A stretch of DNA of 64,000 nucleotides, taken from positions 4,257 through 68,256 of the forward strand of contig VXLM01000139.1 in the NCBI GenBank assembly GCA_009841605.1, in the 5' to 3' direction. Source of the stretch: Dehalococcoidia bacterium. GTDB taxonomy: Bacteria; Chloroflexota; Dehalococcoidia; Lucifugimonadales; VXLM01. The translations under genes and the position numbers were made by a program. Positions 47,601 through 54,213 of the stretch are shown here, piece by piece (positions within the stretch are counted from its first letter, which is position 1; the number at the start of each line of letters is the position of its first letter). A model generated the notes under the pieces. That model did no database searches, was not told the origin of the DNA, and saw only the letters and a program-made list of their open reading frames with translations.

Positions 47601-48910
47601 AGGGAATTGTCCGACAGGACGAGGAACGGCGTGTCCTGCCGTTGAGGATCGAGGCTCAGCAGCGCGCCGGTGGAGCGCCAGTACGGCGAGTTCTTGTCGT
47701 CCTCTTCGTAATAGCCCACTACCCGCACCGTGATGATTTCACGCTCACCAAGTTCCGGTGAGAAGTAAAATTCGTCCCCGATCTCGGTCTGCGTCCGCAG
47801 GGATACGCCGCGATGCACGATAGCTTCGATCATGGGGCCGCGCGGGCCTTGTGTGATTTCCGTGCTCGCCGTTCCGCCCTGCTCGAACACGATGTTGTCC
47901 TCGAAATTCGAGAGCGACACGAGGAATCCCAGGCGCGCGATGATGCCCTGACCTGTACTTACCGGAAGATTATTGTTCGGCGTGCTGACCAGCATAGGCA
48001 CGCCCTTGACGTACGTCTCCTGTCCGAGGAAGGTCGTCTCCGCGACGAGGTCCTGCAGGGCGACACGCATGGCCGTCTCGTCGGCGAAGAGGGTTAGAGG
48101 AGTTTCCCCGGGTCTCTGAACCGTCAAGTACGGCGCGGGAGTTTCGATGACGGGCGGACTGAGCGCCTCGCCGTTCGAACCCCACACACGGGCTTCCGGG
48201 TCCAGCGGCTCGAAGATGCCGGTGATGACGATGCCGATGCCCGGTGGCCCGACCGGTATCGGAGCCGGCGTCGAATCGAGAAGCTCCGCGAGTTCGTCAT
48301 CGTCCTCACCCTCGTCCGTAGCCGTCGATACCGCTCTCTGAGCCAGGAGATCGGCGGCGAGAATGACCTCGTCGTCGACTTCGAGCTCGAAGCGCTCAGC
48401 CATTTCCGACGAAACCACGGCCTCGATAACCGCTCCGAACGTGCCGCTGTCGATCGTGCCGGAAGCCATCTCCCCCTTGACGAACCTCACGTGCGACGGC
48501 AGGTTCGAGAGGTGCTGGAGATAGCCCCGCGAGACGTAGATGCCCTCTCCTGTCCCCTCAGGCAAGGGTAAGTCCGGCGTTCCTATGATGGCGACACGGC
48601 TCTTGATGAATTGTTCATGCCCGTCGTACACGTCCGCAATGTGCTCTTCGATGGCGTCCGTGACGACCTGATCGGCGTGCCTGAGCGATTTCTCGGTCGC
48701 CACCACTTCCGCGCCGAAGACATCGATCTTCGGCTCGTCGATCCGGTCAAGCGCGGCGTTGAACGAAAGCTGGTCGAGGGATTCGAGGTATATCGGCGTG
48801 CCCGCGCCGATGGTCGTGGCAATCAGTATGCCGATGAACACCGTCAGCAGAAGCTTCCAGTCGTCGGCGATGCGCCGAACGATTACCCTTGTTAGCGAGA
48901 GATTCTTCAT
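44651..48910 (-). CDS. giant double-FtsX-domain membrane protein (paralog of 40211-43630)
   Basis: 1419 aa. TM1 at about residues 19-42, ECD1 about 43-523, FtsX module about 524-645, about 6-7 central TMs, ECD2 about 890-1283, FtsX module about 1284-1405. Shares VAW(Y/F)RDDF(S/T)D and other collinear motifs with the paralog. Confidence 0.8.
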   Translation of the reverse strand: MKNLSLTRVIVRRIADDWKLLLTVFIGILIATTIGAGTPIYLESLDQLSFNAALDRIDEPKIDVFGAEVVATEKSLRHADQVVTDAIEEHIADVYDGHEQFIKSRVAIIGTPDLPLPEGTGEGIYVSRGYLQHLSNLPSHVRFVKGEMASGTIDSGTFGAVIEAVVSSEMAERFELEVDDEVILAADLLAQRAVSTATDEGEDDDELAELLDSTPAPIPVGPPGIGIVITGIFEPLDPEARVWGSNGEALSPPVIETPAPYLTVQRPGETPLTLFADETAMRVALQDLVAETTFLGQETYVKGVPMLVSTPNNNLPVSTGQGIIARLGFLVSLSNFEDNIVFEQGGTASTEITQGPRGPMIEAIVHRGVSLRTQTEIGDEFYFSPELGEREIITVRVVGYYEEDDKNSPYWRSTGALLSLDPQRQDTPFLVLSDNSLSNIPIIVAPEVMAQLLSETYPGAVVSPQWVVKIDPERLKEWSAAEARERFSAFSDAITSELPDADATTEFVENLTESGQLRNFYAKIPMLLLLTVILLTVLFFLGILVSYLTQSREGDASLLKTLGATLSQLTRIYMTEGLVMVATAVIVTPFLAYGMVAVSGVLPFFEEMNQGNLMPIRLAATPFIISLGVGLLCLAIFVVPNVLSAQGGVLLRRLQTSRPLGLPFLQRFNLDIGILVFGGLIYWELQKRGQFVYSGYFEETEVNEVLLVAPVLFLIVVTLVFMRFFPMIVRYISGESSRIVDLLVAASVVASVVGVYWRERGNETLDWLLPGALALAVLIAFWATKRYWHDRKRRYAGLVVQALLVAGFVVLRPPVSGDLLTVPTWGLIAVVPAQLLFVLFTGLSRVTPVWLEIGLLHMSRNPLQYTWLILLLVLATGLGILATTVGGTLERSQIERVLFEEGADLRVTASLLAQGGVQEVHRKSQELEDVENVVRGLRERGTAGGSTAEVLAVDTSGFADVAWYRDDFSDSTLPQLMDRLNPNAPTGRIPLPDDTNGIGLWVKPDPFIPGLDLYAQIENERGELQTVIFNTLRTEDWQFVIGNIPDHVKPPFSLVSIHMFEPGGDPNAGLDASPVTPGTLYIDDIIATVGFENEELVLDDFEGADLKWEAILTSAASTEVVEFSANEVRNGSKAIAYTFSGQTTQGLRGFYPTSVPGPLPVVIDSSLVRPDRQEGSTFIALVGLRWLRMRVVEVVDFFPTHDPSQGGLILTDLNSLLDRANVLLNHHRIRALDLYYDLKPGSHERVGEAVVEILGPQGGSVRDGQGRLESLQINPFVAAGWQPMTILSPAIAVFAAAVGYVTYLLLFAKKSAVEIGSLRTLGLTRGQLLRLLGFEHLAVAAIGLGLGTWAGFQMSRLTVSPLAITETGLPVTPPFILSTDWLIMGTTYVALGLLFVAALVLLNRGVGQLDLRAISRFGE

Positions 48911-49046
48911 GTCACGAAAACATGCAGGAGATCGTCGGCTGCTTGATGAGACCCACTTTCGTTAGCCCTAATCCCAAATGAAGGACAACGCCCCCGATAG
49001 TCTTAAACGTCGTTCACGCATGGGTGTTAGCCGTCCCACGTGAACA

Positions 49047-49177
49047 CTAAGGAACTATCTCAAAATACGCTTCGACACGTTTTCTCCACACGCGGGCTCA
49101 GAGAACAATACGTTCGCCCTGAGCTTGTCGAAGGGCAATTCTTGGCCAACAAACATAGTTTTAAGATAGTTTCCAAG
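49047..49177 (+). mobile_element. Family Y element (degenerate TIR CTAAGGAACTATCTC / GATAGTTTCC) with a family E core
   Basis: About 131 bp, collinear with 53830-53956. Confidence 0.7.
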
Positions 49178-49259
49178 CCTAGCTGCACCTCTTGGAAATC
49201 TAATGATAGTCCCGTCCAGTTCGCGTATCAACCGCTTGGGCTCGTCGAAGTTCCGCCGT

Positions 49260-49523
49260 GTAGCTGCTCAGAGACCGTGAGCGCGCTCGACACACACAGC
49301 CACCGTCATACCCGCGAAGAGCTTCCCCCGTACCCCGATACGGGAGAGACCTTTGCATAACCCCTGATGGGAGCCTGGAAATCCCTTCCCCCTTGATGGG
49401 GGAAGGTTAGGATGAGGGTGAAATTCGCGCCACTAAGGCAATACCTGGAGGTTATGCAAATGTCACCGAAAGCCCGGAATCCGCAGGGGCGAGGCATTCC
49501 CCTCGCCAACTCTGAACACTTAC
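49260..49523 (+). mobile_element. Family C element with nested insertions (family I hairpin plus 112-bp family Z unit carrying an A-variant hairpin)
   Basis: Outer ends gtagctgctcagagaccgtgagcg / aactctgaacacttac. The C hairpin is split after catacccgcgaag. Z unit at 49350-49461. Confidence 0.8.
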
Positions 49524-49539
49524 CGAGCCGTCAGCCCGG

Positions 49540-49568
49540 TTGACGCCTCGCCCCCTGACGACTATCCT
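49540..49568 (+). promoter_or_regulatory. candidate promoter TTGACG-N17-TATCCT positioned for a leaderless ygfZ mRNA
   Basis: The -10 element ends 6 nt before ATG 49575 and no SD is present. Confidence 0.3.
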
Positions 49569-49574
49569 CGAAAT

Positions 49575-50582
49575 ATGGGACCTGTAGCAAATCTCCATGC
49601 CGAAGTTCTCCTCGATGGATCCTTGACCGCAGAGGAGCAATACCGCGCCCTGACTTCGGGCGTCGCGGTGCTGGACCGTTCCGACGCTGGGCGACTAGCC
49701 CTCACGGGCGATGACGCGCTCGACCTCCTGAACCGCCTTTCCACCAACGAGCTCGCGACCCTCGAAGTCGGCGCAGGTGCTGCCACCGTCCTGACGACGA
49801 ACAAGGGACGTATCGTTGACTTGCTTCACGTCCACCGGAGCGAAGACCGGTTGGTGGTATTCACCTCCCCGGAGAATCAGCAGCGCGTGGCCGAGTGGAT
49901 TGACTTCTATACCTTTGTTGAGGATGTGGAGATCGAAGACGTAACTAGCGAGACGGCTATGCTCTCGCTCACCGGCCTCGATTCGACGAAATTCTTGGAC
50001 GAGCTCACGGACGGCCAGGCATCGTTGTTAGCGACCTATGAACGATTGAGCACACAGATTTCCGATGTCACTGCCGAGGTGTACCGCAGCGACTTCCTGG
50101 GGCCGCCTTCATTCGACATCGTCTTCGACGCCGAACACAGGGATAACCTCTTCGGAGTACTCACAGACAATGGCGCGACACCCGCTGGCCCGGACGTGAT
50201 CGAGGCCCTTCGAGTCCAGCGCGGCATCCCCGCGTTCGGCAAGGAGTTGACCGAGGACTACAACCCGCATGAGGCCAACCTCGTCCACCACGTGAGCTTC
50301 TCGAAGGGATGCTACATCGGGCAAGAGGTAATCGCCCGGCTCCAGACCTACAAGAAAGTCAGTAAGTACCTCGTCGGCCTTCGGTGGGACGGCGACGGCC
50401 CTGCACCGGGCTCCTTCCTGACGCACGACGGCAAGCGGATGGGCATAGTCACGTCCGTGGCCCGCCTGCCCCATACCGGAGCAAACGTCGGTCTTGCCTA
50501 CGTCCGCAAGCAGTTCGTCGACGACGGCACGACGGTTGTCGACGAGACCGGAATCGAGATCACGATCAAGGTCCTCATCTAG
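49575..50582 (+). CDS. ygfZ: YgfZ/GcvT-like folate-binding protein
   Basis: 335 aa. GcvT-fold N-terminal half and the family signature KGCYIGQE. Confidence 0.8.
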   Translation: MGPVANLHAEVLLDGSLTAEEQYRALTSGVAVLDRSDAGRLALTGDDALDLLNRLSTNELATLEVGAGAATVLTTNKGRIVDLLHVHRSEDRLVVFTSPENQQRVAEWIDFYTFVEDVEIEDVTSETAMLSLTGLDSTKFLDELTDGQASLLATYERLSTQISDVTAEVYRSDFLGPPSFDIVFDAEHRDNLFGVLTDNGATPAGPDVIEALRVQRGIPAFGKELTEDYNPHEANLVHHVSFSKGCYIGQEVIARLQTYKKVSKYLVGLRWDGDGPAPGSFLTHDGKRMGIVTSVARLPHTGANVGLAYVRKQFVDDGTTVVDETGIEITIKVLI

Positions 50583-51454
50583 CCCGCCATCTCGTCGAAC
50601 ACAATGCGCGATATCCGCGCCAGCTTCGGATCGAGGTCGGTGCTGTCTGTTATCCGCTTCGCCATGATCGCCACGGCGTACGGCCCGCTCGGTCCCCACA
50701 CGATTCCCACGTCGCAGCGGACGCTGTAGACGCCTCCCGTCTTGTGGGCCGCGATGACGTCCGGGGGCAGGTAGTACGGGATGATGCTCCTGAGCTTCTG
50801 GCGCTTGAGAATATGGAGCATTCCGTCCCGTGACCCCTCCGACAGGAAATCGCCGTTGTGGACGATCTCCAGCAGGCGCACCATGTCGGCAGGCGACGAG
50901 ACGTCGGACTTCTCCTCGTTCAGCGCGTCGCAGTCGGGCGACAGCCCACGGTATCCCTGCTCCACCCGGTCGGATACCTCCCAGAAATCGTCCAGCGACT
51001 CGCTGACCGTGAGTCCCGCCAGGCTGAAGAGAAGATCGCGGCACGACATCGGCAGCTTGGTCTTGTTGAGGCCGAGATCCCCCATCGTGCGATTCAGGTC
51101 GTCCTTCCCCACGGTGTGATACAGGATGTCGGTGGCGAGGTTGTCGCTCACGATGATCATCAGCATCGCGAGATCGTGCAGATTCGGAGCCAGGCCATTC
51201 CCAAGCTCTCTCAAGACCCCTGAGCCCGGCACTCGGAGGATGTCGGTCAGCTCGACACGCTGCGAGAGATCGAGCGTGCCCGCATCGACCTGGCGATAGA
51301 GCTCCGCCAGTATGGGCACCTTGAAGGTGCTCGCGGTGAAGAACACCTCATCGGCGTTGTGCTCGATCGTCTTCCCCGTCTCGAGGTGTCGCGCGGCCAC
51401 GCCCACCACGCCGGGAACTTCGGAGACGGCCTCTGAAATTGTCGTCATGTTCAA
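50579..51454 (-). CDS. class-A beta-lactamase-like serine hydrolase, no signal peptide
   Basis: 291 aa. S-x-x-K (STFK), S-D-N (VSDNLATD) and K-T-G (HKTGG) motifs in class-A order. The N-terminus lacks a hydrophobic leader. Confidence 0.8.
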   Translation of the reverse strand: MNMTTISEAVSEVPGVVGVAARHLETGKTIEHNADEVFFTASTFKVPILAELYRQVDAGTLDLSQRVELTDILRVPGSGVLRELGNGLAPNLHDLAMLMIIVSDNLATDILYHTVGKDDLNRTMGDLGLNKTKLPMSCRDLLFSLAGLTVSESLDDFWEVSDRVEQGYRGLSPDCDALNEEKSDVSSPADMVRLLEIVHNGDFLSEGSRDGMLHILKRQKLRSIIPYYLPPDVIAAHKTGGVYSVRCDVGIVWGPSGPYAVAIMAKRITDSTDLDPKLARISRIVFDEMAG

Positions 51455-51505
51455 TACCTAATCTCTGGAGTTGGACAGGATTATACGGCTGTCCCTTCGT
51501 GTTAA

Positions 51506-51649
51506 CTAGTGTCCTGTGTCAGAGATTCAACGAACAAAACAGCGGGTGATTTATCCTCTCTCCCTTGATGGGAGAGGGCTAGGGTGAGGGTGACTCCCCG
51601 GAACGCACCTATCTGATTTATACAACGAACTTCAAATGCAGGACACTAG
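51506..51649 (+). mobile_element. Family W element (11-bp TIR CTAGTGTCCTG / CAGGACACTAG) carrying a family A hairpin
   Basis: TIRs at 51506-51516 and 51639-51649. The A copy at 51551-51592 has loop ttgat. Confidence 0.7.
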
Positions 51650-51699
51650 GGGGTTCAGATTTCTAGGAGTGTACAGTGACGAGACATTGACCTCGTAGA

Positions 51700-51718
51700 G
51701 GCGGGTTTGAAACCCGCC
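51700..51718 (-). terminator. candidate stem-loop terminator downstream of the ADP-ribosylglycohydrolase gene
   Basis: GGCGGGTTT-g-AAACCCGCC near-perfect palindrome about 60 nt after the stop. There is no U-tract, so intrinsic termination is uncertain. Confidence 0.3.
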
Positions 51719-51780
51719 CTGTCGTGCCTACAACGAGACGCGCCGCCGCTGATTTCGGTCTTCTTTACCTCTCCTAGCCT

Positions 51781-52806
51781 TCACTCCGCCGACTCCAACA
51801 ACCCGTCCGCCACACCTTCAATCCGATCCCGCTCTGGTACCACATCCAGCCACCGCCCCGGAATCGCCGATCCCCCGTATCGCGCGCCAAGAACTGCCCC
51901 TGCCACAGCCCCGTTCGTGTCGGTATCTCCCCCGGCCTCCACCACCTGACGCAACGCCTCCGCAAACCCCAGCGGCGTAACCGCCGCCCACAATCCCGCC
52001 TGCAGTGCAATCAACGTATGCCCGATAAGCCTCTGGTCCCTCCGCAGCCAGGAACAGTCCTCCGCCACGGGAACCCCACTCGCAATGCTCTCCAACACCT
52101 CCGACGGGATCCCGTCCCCCATCGCCGCCCCAAGCATATCGGGACATCCGTCCGCTGATGCTGCTGCCATCAGCGCCGACAGGTCCGTCTCAATCCCCTC
52201 CAGCAGTAATGCGATCACGGCGTTGATGACGATGCACGACCACTGCGAAGTGGGCGCATAGTGAGTCACGACACACGTCGCGGCGCTGTCCCTGACCAAC
52301 CTCTCCGGCTCCCGAAAACGCGCTAGGGCGACCGGTGCGCAGCGCATCACGCCCCCGTTCGGAGCAATGGGATGTCCTTCATACACGGTCCGCGCCGCGT
52401 CCGGCGGTCGATGCCCGCCCTCCAACACGCCGATGACACGGTCTGTCGTAATCCCAATTCCTCGCCCGTTCTCTCGCCTCCAGGCAACCAGCCGTCTGCC
52501 GAATTCTCCGACATAGTCTCCTCCCCCCAACAACACCTCTCCCAGGTCCACAGCCTGCGCCAAGTCGTCGTCCATCGGACGGTGCGCCTCACTCGCGTCG
52601 ATATCGCGCACCCCATCGGGATACCACCGATCAATCTCGCGATAAGACCAACCCTCCATCGGCAGTCCCAGCAGATTCCCAACCGCCAACCCCAACATCA
52701 CCCCGCGAGCGCGGTCCCGCAGACCCTCCTCACATCTCACGGTGCCTTCCAGCAAAGCAGAGACGTTCGGCGCTACTACAACAACGTTGAGATCGTTCAT
52801 CTCCAC
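51781..52806 (-). CDS. ADP-ribosylglycohydrolase family protein
   Basis: 341 aa. N-terminal RGVMLGLAVGNLLGLPMEG and C-terminal GGDTDTNGAVAGAVLGARYG metal-site blocks. Confidence 0.85.
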   Translation of the reverse strand: MEMNDLNVVVVAPNVSALLEGTVRCEEGLRDRARGVMLGLAVGNLLGLPMEGWSYREIDRWYPDGVRDIDASEAHRPMDDDLAQAVDLGEVLLGGGDYVGEFGRRLVAWRRENGRGIGITTDRVIGVLEGGHRPPDAARTVYEGHPIAPNGGVMRCAPVALARFREPERLVRDSAATCVVTHYAPTSQWSCIVINAVIALLLEGIETDLSALMAAASADGCPDMLGAAMGDGIPSEVLESIASGVPVAEDCSWLRRDQRLIGHTLIALQAGLWAAVTPLGFAEALRQVVEAGGDTDTNGAVAGAVLGARYGGSAIPGRWLDVVPERDRIEGVADGLLESAE

Positions 52807-52824
52807 CTCCCGGCACCTAATCTG

Positions 52825-52852
52825 CGTAGGGGCGATTCGCGAATCGCCCCTA
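52825..52852. repeat. Family G 28-nt perfect palindrome GTAGGGGCGATTCGCGAATCGCCCCTAC
   Basis: Read directly. The same palindrome occurs at 40101-40126 and, degenerate, at 60759-60786. Confidence 0.9.
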
Positions 52853-52860
52853 CTTCCATA

Positions 52861-53086
52861 GTATCTGTTCAGACTTCGTGAGAGCCCTCAGCATACACAG
52901 CCACCGTCATACCACCTTTGCACAATCCCTGATGGGAGCCTGGAAATCCCTTCCCCCTTGATGGGGGAAGGTTAGGATGGGGGTGAAATTCGCGACGCTA
53001 AGGCATAACTGGAGGTTACGCAAAGGTCTCCGAAAGCGGGTATCCACAGGGGGAGGGTGTTCCTCTCATCAACTCTGAACAGTTAC
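52861..53086 (+). mobile_element. Family C element with a nested 112-bp family Z unit (four structural layers)
   Basis: Outer TIRs. The C hairpin is split into 52901-52913 and 53032-53045. Z unit at 52915-53026 with ends cctttgcacaa / ttacgcaaagg. Inner hairpin ccttccccc-ttgat-gggggaagg. Confidence 0.85.
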
Positions 53087-53239
53087 CTTTCATGTTTCGC
53101 GGTGAGGGCAAAACCCTCCTGAGATTCTCTGAAAAAGTTGCGTCCCGACAGATTAGCCCACTCCCTCCGACTGGACGAAGGTAGGCGTAAACCAGAAACG
53201 CGCGCCTCCTCAACCCAACATAACCCTACGCCAGTAAGA

Positions 53240-53797
53240 TCAATCGGAAGCTACGGACTCAGCCAGTTCGCTCAACACCTGCCGGAGCATCTCCAACGTC
53301 GCCCCGTCGTTGATATTGCCCTCGGAGTCGACCAGCCCAGCAGCCTCCTTGACCGGATGCGTGCCCCCCAAAACCCGCGCCCTTGCGCTCTTCAACACCG
53401 TGATGGTGGTCTCCTGAGACAACTGAGCCCCAAACCTCGACGGACTGGCCCCGACCACCGAAACCGGCTTGTCGGTAAACGAAGACTGGCCGTACGGGCG
53501 GGATGCCCAGTCGATCAGGTTCTTCAGCACGCCGGTGATGCTGTTGTTGTACTCCGGAGCGGCGATCAGCACCGCGTCGGCTGAACGAATCCTCTCCCGC
53601 AACTCCAGGACAACCTGTGGGGTCAAGTCCCCCTCCGAATCCTGGTTGAACAACGGTATCTTGATTCCGTCTTCATAGATTTCGACCTCAATAGCCTCAG
53701 GCGCTTCACGCTTCGCCGCCTCAAGCAGCGCCCTGTTGTACGAGGCCTTCCTCAGACTGCCGGGTATCGCCAAAATACGTATATGTCGTTCTTTCAA
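53240..53797 (-). CDS. NADPH-dependent FMN reductase family protein
   Basis: 185 aa. ILAIPGSLRKASYN and LIAAPEYNNSITGVLKNLIDW blocks. Confidence 0.88.
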   Translation of the reverse strand: MKERHIRILAIPGSLRKASYNRALLEAAKREAPEAIEVEIYEDGIKIPLFNQDSEGDLTPQVVLELRERIRSADAVLIAAPEYNNSITGVLKNLIDWASRPYGQSSFTDKPVSVVGASPSRFGAQLSQETTITVLKSARARVLGGTHPVKEAAGLVDSEGNINDGATLEMLRQVLSELAESVASD

Positions 53798-53829
53798 TCT
53801 GGACTCTTCCTAGATGGGCTGGGAAAGCT

Positions 53830-53956
53830 TGGAAGCTGTCTCAAAACACACTCCGACGAATCTTTCCCACACACACGCTCAGAAAATCACGTTCGCCCTG
53901 AGCCTGTCGAAGGGCAATCCTCCGCCAGCGCACATAAAATGGAGATAGTTCCTTAG
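53830..53956 (+). mobile_element. Family Y element, second copy
   Basis: ggaagctgtctcaaaaca...cgttcgccctgagcctgtcgaagggcaat...ggagatagttccttagg, collinear with 49047-49177. Confidence 0.7.
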
Positions 53957-54097
53957 GCGTACTTAAACGGCATTTACTGGATCAGGAGTCTTAATTCTTC
54001 GAGCACGTGTCAATTGGGTCGTGACAGGATAGGCGTCTCCCGCAAGTCGGTCAACCATCCGGTTCCCCACTCCCCCTACTCACTACGGGCCCACGCA

Positions 54098-54169
54098 CTT
54101 CTCCCTTCTTTCTCCTTCCCTCTTTCTTCCTTTCCTCCCCCCTCTTTCTTCTTTCCTCTTTCTTCCCCC
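54098..54169 (+). repeat. 72-nt purine-free (C/T only) tract
   Basis: No A or G between 54098 and 54169. Ends 44 nt before the ATG of the DSD1-like gene. Related in sequence to 58204-58290. Confidence 0.9.
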
Positions 54170-54213
54170 ATATGCTATTCTCCCCAATGCTTACGACCTA
54201 CAAGGAGCCCCGA

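Noticed and set aside
50579-51454. Calling the class-A beta-lactamase homolog an antibiotic-resistance gene.
   Set aside because: It has no export signal and the omega-loop general base is uncertain. It sits in a housekeeping-type context with no mobile element. It is annotated only as a beta-lactamase-like serine hydrolase.
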